IMG/VR virus record: IMGVR_UViG_3300040801_001224
Span: 62,001-126,000 of that record
Strand: one strand, 5' to 3'
Length of the DNA stretch: 64,000 bases
Shown: positions 8,897 through 18,605 of the stretch, in pieces
How the letters are laid out: each line of letters starts with the position of its first letter
Numbering within the stretch: position 1 is the first letter of the stretch
The notes under the pieces: generated by a model
Databases searched by the model: none
What the model saw: the letters and a program-made list of their open reading frames with translations, nothing else
What the model was told of the DNA's origin: nothing
Made by a program: the position numbers and the translations under genes

Positions 8897-9775
8897 ATCA
8901 TAAAAGGAATTCCTGGTTTTATTGTTTCCAGGCCAAAAAAAATTACTCAACGCCCATTCAAAATATATAGACAATTTAAAACGCACTAACAAGTGGCATC
9001 GTGGCAGGAAGGTAAAAGTCCTGCACCTTACGAGGCCGGTACAGGGATGTATGCGGTCGGATGTGTTTGGTAGCCACCTACGTCAGGAACTACGTAGTAA
9101 ATATAAGGACCGACCAACACTACACAAGTAAACCGGCTGAGGAGCCGACAAGAATTGCCACACAGACACAGACAACTGATAACTTGTGTGAGTACTTGAG
9201 TAGATCGAGGTCAGAAAGATTATGCTCTGGCAGAAAAAGAGTTAGGTCCGGCCTAACGCCAACATAGGGCTATATAGCTTTTAGAACTCCAACACAGGGT
9301 TATATAGTTTGCGGCATTTTCCGTCACAACGGAATCGGAGTCACTAATGGGATGATGGTGCCCGCCCAGCGTAGTATTAGCGTTTGTACTGTAGTCGTGG
9401 TGTTATGGAGTGGCACACTGCATTGAAATGTGCTTTTTTTAAACTTCGCCGGCAACGGCGAAGCTATGGCTTCTACAATGAAATGAATAGGTCATTAGGT
9501 CATATGATAAAAATCTTCTTTCCCCTTTAAGTATAATCGAATCTTTAGAACAAAGCCGATAGGCGAAGTGATAAAGATGAAGATTAAGGCCTTTAGGCCT
9601 TTTCACTATTACCCATAATAATGTTAATGACTCTGAACTACTTCGTGTGTTATAGCGCACGATGATGTTCTGATTAAAAATATCAAGACCTTTCAGAGAT
9701 CTTTCCGACAAAAAAAATTGAGTTAAATGGGAATCGTCACCCGGCGATTAAGCCGGGATCAGATTGGCTGAGGAG
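8897..9775 (+). ncRNA. Candidate large structured non-coding RNA (alternatively a replication-origin region)
   Basis: About 0.88 kb with no credible CDS in an otherwise gene-dense genome; many nested inverted repeats, e.g. CTTCGCCG-GCAA-CGGCGAAG at 9444-9463; follows a consensus promoter. Confidence 0.45.
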
Positions 9776-10291
9776 CTATTTCCACTCACGACGTGAGTAT
9801 AATCTTTTGATGTTCTTAGCGAGGTCTTCGTCAGTAATTGCTTCTGCAAAGTCTTTGTTGATATGCATGTTTACAGCGACCACGTCATCACCGACGCTAT
9901 CGAATGAAACGATACCGCTGAATTTCTTGTAAACTGTGGTAATGAAAGCACCTATGCGTAGTTCTAAGCTACCACGGATTTCTTCTTCAAAGTCAAAGGT
10001 GTCTCTTGGCGCATGGGCGATCCATTTGATTTCGCCTTTATTGATTGCCACATATGTGGTTAGTTCATCACCCTTTAGTTGCTTAGTATATATCTTACCA
10101 GTATAGCCTTCAATGTTATAGGCATCATGCTTGACGTTAAATTTATCGTCTGCAAATGGTTGCCATTCAACATGTTGGAAGTCAAACAAGATTGAAGTCT
10201 GTTGTACCTTATTAAACTTTGGGTACTGTGTCCATGCTTCAACACTTGTTTGTGGACTTTTCTCTACTATAATGTCTGTTATGTCTGTCAT
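9776..10291 (-). CDS. Hypothetical protein
   Basis: 171-aa ORF continuing the minus-strand operon; no recognised motif. Confidence 0.6.
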   Translation of the reverse strand: MTDITDIIVEKSPQTSVEAWTQYPKFNKVQQTSILFDFQHVEWQPFADDKFNVKHDAYNIEGYTGKIYTKQLKGDELTTYVAINKGEIKWIAHAPRDTFDFEEEIRGSLELRIGAFITTVYKKFSGIVSFDSVGDDVVAVNMHINKDFAEAITDEDLAKNIKRLYSRREWK

Positions 10292-10294
10292 ATG

Positions 10295-10528
10295 TTAATC
10301 ACCCAATAGTTCAGGTGCTCCACTTTCTATTCGTCTGTATTTACTAACTCTTTTTGCAATTCTCTGCCGTTGCCTAAAACTCATCCCCCATGCATCCGAC
10401 CAACTAATCCTTGCAAAGTAGACTAAATCAATTATCTCATCTTCTAGAGCTAATTGCTCGTCTTTAAAACCATTAATAAACTTAACGATCTTTTCGGGGT
10501 CAGAGTTTACAAGGACTCTGTAAAAAAA
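10295..10528 (-). CDS. -1 frame extension of the gp26-like gene (gp51/GT-chaperone-like C-terminal module)
   Basis: Open frame FFYRVLVNSDPEKIVKF...ISWSDAWGMSFRQRQRIAKRV...LLGD* with no start codon in its first ~50 codons; begins at a T TTT TTT slippery heptamer (10522-10528). Confidence 0.6.
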   Translation of the reverse strand, partial: FFYRVLVNSDPEKIVKFINGFKDEQLALEDEIIDLVYFARISWSDAWGMSFRQRQRIAKRVSKYRRIESGAPELLGD

Positions 10529-11364
10529 GTTGCTGGATTAAAATCAATTGGAACACTCCAGCTATGTTCACAGTTACTACATGTGGCTTCGTAATCTTTC
10601 TTTATGCCAATGTTATTTATTCTATCTAGAACGTCTTGTATTTTTTTAATATCATTACGTCCAATGTTATTTATAAATTCTGCAATTTGTTTATGATTGG
10701 TAACGTCAATCGTCTCTTCTTCAGTAGCACCTTCTTTATAAACTCTCATTACACAATGTGAAACAAGTTCAAAGTTTAGTTTTGATAATGAACTAATTGA
10801 ATCGCCAATAATTTTGATCTTTTGCTCTTCACTAAAGCTAGGATTCTCAATATTACGTATAACATTGTTCTGTTCAAATGCTTTCTTAATAGCAACTAAA
10901 CTGTCGTCAAAGTTATAAGGGCGAATGAACGCTGTCAATCCATTATCCAAATTAACAGGATATTCTGCATCTAGTTTCTCTGCCGATGTTAATGTCATAT
11001 CCATAGATAATGCAAATGAATTATCTTCTCCACACTCTGGACATTTAGCGTTAATATCTAACTCATCACCATAACTAGCGTGGCGTATACCAACTACAAT
11101 TGCGTCAATGTCGTTTGTTAATAAATTGTCAACATTCTTAATTGCTGGCACACAAGATGCGATAACATCTTTAATTGCCTTGCCATTTAATAATGCGTCT
11201 GGATTACGGAATAAAACTTCGTCAGCGGCTGTCATTGGTAAGATACCAACTTCGTCATTACCTGTTAATTCTACAACGCTATCGTCATAAAACTTACCGC
11301 CTGAAGGCAATGAAACGTATAATTGCTCTTTTCTGTAAAACTGTTGTAATGGGTTGTTGCTCAT
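10507..11364 (-). CDS. Baseplate hub assembly protein, gp26-like
   Basis: LPSGGKFY, ILPMTAADE, DIDAIVVGIRHASYG, CPECG and CSNC; likely start MSNNPL at 11364. Confidence 0.75.
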   Translation of the reverse strand: MSNNPLQQFYRKEQLYVSLPSGGKFYDDSVVELTGNDEVGILPMTAADEVLFRNPDALLNGKAIKDVIASCVPAIKNVDNLLTNDIDAIVVGIRHASYGDELDINAKCPECGEDNSFALSMDMTLTSAEKLDAEYPVNLDNGLTAFIRPYNFDDSLVAIKKAFEQNNVIRNIENPSFSEEQKIKIIGDSISSLSKLNFELVSHCVMRVYKEGATEEETIDVTNHKQIAEFINNIGRNDIKKIQDVLDRINNIGIKKDYEATCSNCEHSWSVPIDFNPATFFTESL

Positions 11365-11388
11365 ATTAAATACCCTTTTAATCTGTGT

Positions 11389-11431
11389 GATAAATACAAT
11401 AAGCACTCATGCTAATGTATGAGTATTTATC
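11389..11431. promoter_or_regulatory. Face-to-face pair of late-promoter motifs serving the tape-measure (+) and gp26-like (-) genes
   Basis: GATAAATA at 11389-11396 (+) and TATTTATC at 11424-11431 (GATAAATA on -). Confidence 0.6.
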
Positions 11432-11458
11432 ACAGCATTTAACAGGTATCTGAAGATT

Positions 11459-13909
11459 ATGGCCGAACAATTTGACCAACGTACAGCAGAAGAGCTAGGC
11501 GATTTAAATAAAAACTTAAAAGAGTTAATAGACAAACTTGGATCTTCTTCTGGTGGAGCCACTAAATCCACGTCTTCTAGTGGTATGTCTGCCCTAGCTA
11601 AAGCCGCAGAAGAAGCGGCCAAGCATACTAATGAAGCTACTGAAGAAAAGAAGAAAGAAACAGAGCAAATCAAAGAGATTCATAGAGAAACAGCCAAGCG
11701 CATTGAAGTTACACGTGACTTAACTGATGAAACCAAGAAGTACTTGGAAGAGCATGGTACGATGACTCAGAAGCTTGCTATGATGAATAATAGTTTTGAT
11801 GAGCAAGCATTGGCTTCAGTCAATAAATCTTTTGCTTCAAACTTGGGTCCATTGGGAAAGGGGTTCGAAGATTTTGCTAAAAATAACGCAGTATTAGGCA
11901 CGTCCATAGCAGTTGCAGGCATTGCTGTTGGTGCTTTCGCTGGCAAGGTAATGAATGTCTTAGAATCATTTGATTCATTAGCCAAGAGTGGTGTAACAGT
12001 GGGTGGCGGTTTTGCAGGACTTATGACTGCGTCGGCAGGCCTAAACATGTCAATGGATCAGTTTGCTAGTTTAGCAACAGAACATGCTAGAACAATTAAT
12101 AAATTTGGCATACAAGAATTCCAAGCAGGAGCATTAGGTATACGTGATAGCATGATGGGGTTAGGTTTAACTACATCTGAAACAAGTGAATACTTAGCTG
12201 ATTACTTGGAAACTCAACGCTTAACAGGTGCGATGGCACAGATGTCTGGAAATCAACAAGCACAGGCGGCACAAAGATTAATGAGTCAGACAGATTCATT
12301 AGCAGTAGCATTCGGTGCGTCTAGGGAGGCGGTACTTGACGGTGTTGTGAAAGCGTATGACGATCCAATGATACAGGCAACACTAAGGGGGCTTCCACAA
12401 GGAGCCAAAGAAGCGTTTGACAAGTCGATGGCATTCTTCAGCGCATCTGTGCCGGCAATGGCTGATAGTATCCAGGAACTAATGGGTTCAGCTATTCCTC
12501 AAATGACCGACGCCTACCAGAACGCAATGCAGGCTGGCGTGCCTGGCGTAGCAACTGCTATGATGGAATTCACTAATAATATTAAAGCTGGCATGGATTC
12601 AGAAGAAGCAAGAAATAAATTGCTCAGCAAAATGGCAACGCAGGATACACATCGTTTAAGAATACTTGCTTCTGCAGGTGACGAAAATGCTAAGTCGATG
12701 TTAGCACAGGTGGAACAAGCAAAGCAGGCAATGGAAGCACGTAAACTTGAGACTGAGGCAGAAAAGAAAGCAAGACTTGAGAATCAGAAATCAGCATCCG
12801 GTGTAAGGCAGGCATTTGAACAATTGGGCACATTTGGTGATAAGGTAATGGCTGGATTGCTTGGGTCTTTAGGTGGATCAGGCGGTGTTGAAGCAGGCGT
12901 TAAGAAATTAAGTGGAGTAGTGTCTGATTTTGCCAACTGGCTAGGTGATACAGCAATCCCTTCAGCAATTAAGTTTGGAGAAGCCATGGGGCCTGTTGTA
13001 TCAGGGTTAGGATTAGTAGGTTCAGCGATTGGATCTGTTTTTGGCGTTTTCCGTGATATTGGTGTTGGTCTTGGTGAAGTTGCTGGCCATATTGTTATGA
13101 ATTTTGACGATATAGGGGAAAACTTTAAACACCTTATTAAGGGAATGGGTCTTGCCTTACTTGATATCTTGCCAACCGGTATGTCAGATGGAATTCTTAG
13201 TTTTTTCAATGGCGTTACTGAGATGTTTTCTGGTGTGTCTAGAGCAATTGATAATCTTATGGATGGCGGTAGTATCATAGGCTTCCTAGGTGAAATGTTT
13301 GATGGGTTGTTGCAGATGGTAACCTACCCAATAACAGCTCTAATTGATTATATTGGTGGCACTGATATTTCAGGTATGTTGTCTGAGTTTGGGTTCACTG
13401 GGATGATAATGGAAGGTATTGGTAATCTGTTTGACAAAATAGTTGACACTATTACTAGTATTGAGTTGCCGTCAGTATCAGACCTCATAGGTGGTGAATG
13501 GCTTGGGTTTGGTGGTAATGAAGAAGCAGACGATAATGCTCGATTAAGAATGTTAGCAAGTGCTGGTGACCTTGACGCAAGGGCACAATTAGAACAGCAA
13601 GATTCACCAGGACTGCTCAATAGAATAGGCAACTTCTTTGGCTCAGACGATCAAGCAGAAGTGTTAAGCCCTGCGGCATCGACAGAATTAGCCACAACAA
13701 GCGAAAAAATAAGCCAAATAACACAAGTGTCGGAAAAACAGGACACTGTTGTGACGGAGCAGATAAATACAAACAGAGAAGTAGTTCAATCATCTGGTGA
13801 ACAAATTGCTGTATTAAGAGAAGTAGCGGCTGGGATTAAATCCCTGGCTGACGGCAATAAGAAGATTACAACTGCTATTAAGGAGAACGGCACAACGTTC
13901 TTACGTTAA
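11459..13909 (+). CDS. Probable tape measure protein
   Basis: 816 aa, Ala/Gly-rich, helical with amphipathic repeats; divergent from the gp26-like chaperone gene and upstream of portal. Confidence 0.65.
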   Translation: MAEQFDQRTAEELGDLNKNLKELIDKLGSSSGGATKSTSSSGMSALAKAAEEAAKHTNEATEEKKKETEQIKEIHRETAKRIEVTRDLTDETKKYLEEHGTMTQKLAMMNNSFDEQALASVNKSFASNLGPLGKGFEDFAKNNAVLGTSIAVAGIAVGAFAGKVMNVLESFDSLAKSGVTVGGGFAGLMTASAGLNMSMDQFASLATEHARTINKFGIQEFQAGALGIRDSMMGLGLTTSETSEYLADYLETQRLTGAMAQMSGNQQAQAAQRLMSQTDSLAVAFGASREAVLDGVVKAYDDPMIQATLRGLPQGAKEAFDKSMAFFSASVPAMADSIQELMGSAIPQMTDAYQNAMQAGVPGVATAMMEFTNNIKAGMDSEEARNKLLSKMATQDTHRLRILASAGDENAKSMLAQVEQAKQAMEARKLETEAEKKARLENQKSASGVRQAFEQLGTFGDKVMAGLLGSLGGSGGVEAGVKKLSGVVSDFANWLGDTAIPSAIKFGEAMGPVVSGLGLVGSAIGSVFGVFRDIGVGLGEVAGHIVMNFDDIGENFKHLIKGMGLALLDILPTGMSDGILSFFNGVTEMFSGVSRAIDNLMDGGSIIGFLGEMFDGLLQMVTYPITALIDYIGGTDISGMLSEFGFTGMIMEGIGNLFDKIVDTITSIELPSVSDLIGGEWLGFGGNEEADDNARLRMLASAGDLDARAQLEQQDSPGLLNRIGNFFGSDDQAEVLSPAASTELATTSEKISQITQVSEKQDTVVTEQINTNREVVQSSGEQIAVLREVAAGIKSLADGNKKITTAIKENGTTFLR

Positions 13910-13920
13910 AGGATACTTAA

Positions 13921-15642
13921 ATGAGCTGGAAAAAATATTTCAAGCCTGTTGCAGGCGTACAATACAAAGCGAACTCTTCAACTGGAGGTAACGCTTCTGT
14001 AAGTAAGTTCAGTAACTGGCTACCAGAAGTATACCAAGGACCACCTAACAGACTACAGCGTTATGTTCAGTATGAGCAAATGGATTTAGACCATGAAGTT
14101 AATGCGTCACTGGACACCCTAGCTGAGTTCTCAACACAGATGGACGAGCGCACAGGCATTCCATTCCAAGTACGCTGGAAAGACGAACCAAGTCAATCAG
14201 AGATTAAAATCCTGGAAGAAGTCCTAAAGAAATGGTGTTACTTAAATGAGTTCCCTCAGCGTATATTTCGTATATTCCGTTCAACATTAATTTATGGTGA
14301 TCAGTTCTTTATACGTGATCCAGAAACATTCAAATTAGTTTGGATGGATCCTAACTCAGTTGAGTCTGTAATTGTAAACGAATCAAAAGCAAAAGACATT
14401 GAAATTTATTTCATGAACGATGTGTCACTTAATCTACAGACGTTGACTGGCACAGACATGTCCAAAAAGAATAGAGGCGGTTATGGTTCAGCTGATTCTG
14501 TATTCCCTAATGCTACACTGGGCGCACAAGCCAACTATAACACGGCTAACGCTACTCCAGCATTAAACAATGGTGGCACTTATTCAACAGGTGGCGAATC
14601 ATTCCCAGTTGATGCGAGTCACGTTGTACAAATTAGTTTAACAGAAGGTATGGATAGCGCATGGCCTTTTGGTATTAGTGTACTTGAACCAATATTTAAA
14701 GTATATAAGCAAAAAGAATTATTGGAAGACTCTGTGCTAATTTACAGAATACATAGAGCACCAGAACGTCGAGTATTTAAAATCGACGTAGGTACTATGC
14801 CTCCTCAGAAGGCACAGCAGTACCTAGAAAAAATTAAGTATGAAGTACAGCAGAAGCGTATTCCATCTAGAACAGGTGGTGGTGCGTCAATTATTGACAG
14901 CTCATACAACCCAATGAGTATGTTAGAAGATTATTACTTTGCCCAAACATCAGACGGTCGTGGTTCAGATGTAACTACGTTACCAGGCGGTGAGAACATG
15001 GGTGAGATTGATGACCTAAGATACTTTAATAACAAGATGATGCGAGCCCTAGGCGTACCTAGCTCGTACTTAGCTACTGGTCCAGAAGATGGAACAGATG
15101 GTTACAATGATGGTCGAGTAGGCACAGCATTCATCCAGGAATTCCGTTTCAGTAAAACGTGTCAGAGACACCAGGAAAAGATTATTGAACCACTTGATCA
15201 AGAGTTCAAGCTATACCTTAAGAAGAAAGGTTATGACGGCATTGACACATCAATGTTTGAACTTAAGTTTACTGAACCTCAGAACTTTAGTAAGTACCGC
15301 CAGATAGAACTAGACAGTTCAATGCTAGGTAATTTTGGTAATGTTATTGATATACCATTTATCAGTAAACAATTTGCTTTTAAGAAATACCTAGGATGGT
15401 CTAAAGAAGAGATTGCTGAAAATGAAAAGCTTTGGGAAAAAGAAAATCCTAAAGAAAACTTTGATAACATGTCAGATGCTGACTTAGGTGTTGGCGCAGG
15501 CATGGGTGAAGTAGGCCTTGGCATGGGTGGCGGTGATTTTGATATGGGTGAAGAAGGTGAATTCGATACAGATGACGCCGAAGCTGATATCGATATGGAA
15601 GGATCAGGTGATATTGAGCCGGGTCCAGACTTTGGAGAATAA
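13921..15642 (+). CDS. gp20: Portal protein
   Basis: LEDSVLIYRIHRAPERRVFKIDVG, LEDYYFAQ...GRGSDVTTLPGGENMGEIDDLRYF, RFSK. Confidence 0.95.
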   Translation: MSWKKYFKPVAGVQYKANSSTGGNASVSKFSNWLPEVYQGPPNRLQRYVQYEQMDLDHEVNASLDTLAEFSTQMDERTGIPFQVRWKDEPSQSEIKILEEVLKKWCYLNEFPQRIFRIFRSTLIYGDQFFIRDPETFKLVWMDPNSVESVIVNESKAKDIEIYFMNDVSLNLQTLTGTDMSKKNRGGYGSADSVFPNATLGAQANYNTANATPALNNGGTYSTGGESFPVDASHVVQISLTEGMDSAWPFGISVLEPIFKVYKQKELLEDSVLIYRIHRAPERRVFKIDVGTMPPQKAQQYLEKIKYEVQQKRIPSRTGGGASIIDSSYNPMSMLEDYYFAQTSDGRGSDVTTLPGGENMGEIDDLRYFNNKMMRALGVPSSYLATGPEDGTDGYNDGRVGTAFIQEFRFSKTCQRHQEKIIEPLDQEFKLYLKKKGYDGIDTSMFELKFTEPQNFSKYRQIELDSSMLGNFGNVIDIPFISKQFAFKKYLGWSKEEIAENEKLWEKENPKENFDNMSDADLGVGAGMGEVGLGMGGGDFDMGEEGEFDTDDAEADIDMEGSGDIEPGPDFGE

Positions 15643-15647
15643 TAAAA

Positions 15648-15893
15648 ATGAAAGCAAAAGACCTCTTAGTCGAGTTTTATGATGAGTCAGCTACTGACGA
15701 ATTCGGTTATATATCAAGTGCTGATGAGGACGAACTGGAGCCACTTAAGAAAGGTGATACTAGAAAGCGTCCTAAACTAACACTTAAGCACTTAAATAAG
15801 CTACGTAAGTTAAAGCAAGTTAAGCGTAAAGAGAAGATTAAACACTTAGATTTAGTTCAGAGAATGTACGGCAATAAGCCTGACATGGAATAA
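15648..15893 (+). CDS. Small head-morphogenesis-region protein
   Basis: Acidic N-half and basic C-half (RKRPKLTLKHLNKLRK); lies between portal and prohead genes. Confidence 0.6.
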   Translation: MKAKDLLVEFYDESATDEFGYISSADEDELEPLKKGDTRKRPKLTLKHLNKLRKLKQVKRKEKIKHLDLVQRMYGNKPDME

Positions 15894-15944
15894 ACTAGCA
15901 TAAAATTTCTGGGTCACCTCCGCTAAATACTATACAAACTTCCG

Positions 15945-15969
15945 AAAAGGCGCCTTTTGGGTGCTTTTT
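15945..15969 (+). terminator. Possible intrinsic terminator
   Basis: AAAAGGCGCC-TTTTG-GGTGCTTTTT. Confidence 0.45.
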
Positions 15970-16045
15970 CCCCCTTCATATTACAATTCCGTTAAATACG
16001 TATAGAATAAATATATTCTGACGAATTCAAGGAGATTTTACCATT

Positions 16046-16834
16046 ATGTCAAAGAAACTAGAGCAGGTATTAGAATGCCTGATTAACGAAGAATCTGATC
16101 GTGCTAGTGAGTTACTTCATGACGTTATCGTTGAGAAGGCTCGTGGTCTATACCAAGAACTAGTGAACGAAGAAGATGATATGGAGTTAGAAGAAGAAGT
16201 CGTAGAGGAAGAAGAAGCAGTTGAAGAAGGTGAAGACTGTGATTCAGACGACGAAGAAGAGCTAAAAGAGTTTGCTGGAGACGAAGAAGACTTCGGTGGC
16301 GATATGGCTGACGACTTCGATAGCGAAATTGAAGCAGACATGACTGACGACGAAGGCGAATTCGACGCTGAAGAAAGCGACGAAGAAGAAGTTGAAGATC
16401 GTGTTGAGGACTTAGAAGCGGCATTAGCTGACTTACGTGCTGAGTTCGACGCTTTAATGGACGAAGAATTAGAAGAACCACACCACGACGCAGAAGACTT
16501 TGAAGTTGATGCTGACGACATGGACATGGAAGATGACATGGACGAAAGCATGATGGAAGCTACTAAGTTACAGGACAAAGTTGCTGAACCAAGCAATGTT
16601 GAAGGTGCTGATAACAAAGAAGCTCCATACACTAAAGCTCCAAGCAAGCGTTTAGACGGTGCGGATCCAGTTGATTTTGCTGGCGACGCAGAAGAGCAAG
16701 GTATGAAAGCTGAAAAAGGTTCAGACCACACTCCATCAGATAACATTGATGAAGAGCCAAGTGCTACACCAGCGGCTAAGCAAAGCGACAAAGCAGACGA
16801 AAAACACTCTTTATTCACTAAGGAGCCTAAGTAA
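16046..16834 (+). CDS. Highly acidic prohead core / internal head protein
   Basis: Very D/E-rich; directly upstream of the prohead protease (gp67/68 position). Confidence 0.6.
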   Translation: MSKKLEQVLECLINEESDRASELLHDVIVEKARGLYQELVNEEDDMELEEEVVEEEEAVEEGEDCDSDDEEELKEFAGDEEDFGGDMADDFDSEIEADMTDDEGEFDAEESDEEEVEDRVEDLEAALADLRAEFDALMDEELEEPHHDAEDFEVDADDMDMEDDMDESMMEATKLQDKVAEPSNVEGADNKEAPYTKAPSKRLDGADPVDFAGDAEEQGMKAEKGSDHTPSDNIDEEPSATPAAKQSDKADEKHSLFTKEPK

Positions 16835-16836
16835 TA

Positions 16837-17466
16837 ATGCGTCAGCTTTACGAGTACATGTCGTTTGATAAGGCACACGCCTTAGTTGAATCTGTTGAAG
16901 AGAATGGTGAAAAGCATACTTATATGAACGGTATCTTTATCCAAGCTGAGCAAAAGAATCAAAACGAACGTGTTTACCCGTTAAATGAAATTAGAACGGC
17001 CGTTACTTCTATTAACGAGAAGATTAAAAACGGCTTTTCAGTATTAGGTGAGTTAGATCACCCAGAAGAATTAACAATTAACCTAGACAGAGCATCACAC
17101 ATCATCACAGAAATGTGGATGGATGGCAACGACGGTTACGGAAAGCTAAAACTACTTGAAACACCAATGGGTAAGATAGCTGAAAGTATGCTTAAGTCAG
17201 GTGTTAAGTTAGGTGTTAGTTCGAGAGGTTCTGGAAACGTAGATGAGTCAGGTCACGTTAGCGATTTTGATATCGTTACTGTTGATATTGTAGCACAACC
17301 AAGTGCGCCAAATGCGTATCCTAGAGCCATTTATGAAAGTTTGTTTAATATGCGTGGCGGATCTGTCATTCACGAAACTGCGAAAGCGGCTAGTGAAGGA
17401 GATGTCATAGCATCTAAGCATTTACCAAACGAGATCGTTAAGTTCATTAACGATCTGAAACTTTAG
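16837..17466 (+). CDS. gp21: Prohead protease
   Basis: GIFIQAEQKNQNERVYP, GELDHP, GVSSRGSG, DIVAQPSAPNAY. Confidence 0.95.
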   Translation: MRQLYEYMSFDKAHALVESVEENGEKHTYMNGIFIQAEQKNQNERVYPLNEIRTAVTSINEKIKNGFSVLGELDHPEELTINLDRASHIITEMWMDGNDGYGKLKLLETPMGKIAESMLKSGVKLGVSSRGSGNVDESGHVSDFDIVTVDIVAQPSAPNAYPRAIYESLFNMRGGSVIHETAKAASEGDVIASKHLPNEIVKFINDLKL

Positions 17467-17477
17467 GAGAACTTGCA

Positions 17478-18590
17478 ATGACTAAAAAGTTTGAACAAAT
17501 CTTGAGTGAGAGTGGCTTTGATAAAGAAGCTAAAGCTCAGATTCAAGAAGCTTGGGATAGCAAATTAGCAGAAGCAAAAGAAGTTCAAGCTTCAGAGCTA
17601 CGTGAAGAATTTGCACAACGCTTTGAGCATGACAAATCAGTTCTTGTTGAATCTATTGATAGCTTTCTATCAAACAAGATTAAAGAAGAAATGAAAGAAT
17701 TTGCCGCTGACCGTGAAAAGTTAATTGCTGAACGTATCCAATACAAGAACAACGTTAAGAAACATGCAGAAATGCTAAATAAATTCGTTACAGAAACTGT
17801 TGCCAAAGAAGTTAAAGAACTTCACGGTGATAAGGTTGCAATGAAGGAAAATGTTACTAAGCTGGAAAACTTTGTATTACAACAACTAGCTGAAGAAATC
17901 AAAGACTTCCATTCTGATAAGAAGGAATTGGTTGAACAGCGTGTTAAGTTAGTACGTGAAGGCAAAGCCCAACTTCAAGAAGCAAAGAAAGCGTTTATTG
18001 AACGTGCCTCTAAATTAGTAGAGACTACAATTAATAACACTTTACGCTCAGAAATTACACAGTTAAAAGAAGACATTACAGCCGCTCGTGAAAATGAGTT
18101 CGGTCGTAAGTTATTCGAAACATTCCGCAAAGAGTTCCTATCATCACACTTAAACGAAGGTACGGAAGTATCTAAGTTCAAGAAACAACTTGATGAGCAG
18201 AAAGCTCTTAACGAATCTCTAAAGTCTAAGTTAGCTGAAGGTAGAAAGCTACTTGAGTCTGCCCAGATTCAAGCTAAAGCCTCAAAAGACTTAGCCAATA
18301 GAAAAGAAATTATGTCTGAAATGTTACGTCCGCTAAACGCAAGTCAGCGCACTATCATGAAGGACTTATTAGAGTCAACTCAAACATCAAAACTTGAAGC
18401 GACTTTCAACAAGTATTTGCCAACTGTTCTAAACGAAACAGCTGAAACCAAAGCACAAGCTTCGAAAGAAACTTTAACTGAAGGTCAGCGTACTGTTAAG
18501 ACAGGCGACAAAGTAGAAAAGGGCACAGCCCATGACAACTCAGATGTTGTCGAACTTGACCAGATCCGTAAATTGGCTGGTTTAAATTAA
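17478..18590 (+). CDS. gp22: Prohead scaffolding protein
   Basis: Coiled-coil, charged 370-aa protein between protease and major capsid genes. Confidence 0.85.
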   Translation: MTKKFEQILSESGFDKEAKAQIQEAWDSKLAEAKEVQASELREEFAQRFEHDKSVLVESIDSFLSNKIKEEMKEFAADREKLIAERIQYKNNVKKHAEMLNKFVTETVAKEVKELHGDKVAMKENVTKLENFVLQQLAEEIKDFHSDKKELVEQRVKLVREGKAQLQEAKKAFIERASKLVETTINNTLRSEITQLKEDITAARENEFGRKLFETFRKEFLSSHLNEGTEVSKFKKQLDEQKALNESLKSKLAEGRKLLESAQIQAKASKDLANRKEIMSEMLRPLNASQRTIMKDLLESTQTSKLEATFNKYLPTVLNETAETKAQASKETLTEGQRTVKTGDKVEKGTAHDNSDVVELDQIRKLAGLN

Positions 18591-18605
18591 TAAATTAAGG
18601 AGTTC

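Noticed and set aside
8897-9775. RNase P RNA, group I/II intron, or the short ORFs 8922, 9061 and 9439
   Set aside because: No convincing GAGGAAAGUCC/P4, P7 (R/S) or domain V motifs were found; the ORFs lack RBSs and protein-like composition.
16117-16878. 253-aa Ser-rich minus-strand ORF, and similar antisense ORFs at 38571, 46828, 47599, 22965 and 57458
   Set aside because: These are shadows of biased codon usage in the genes on the opposite strand; they have no RBS and low-complexity translations.
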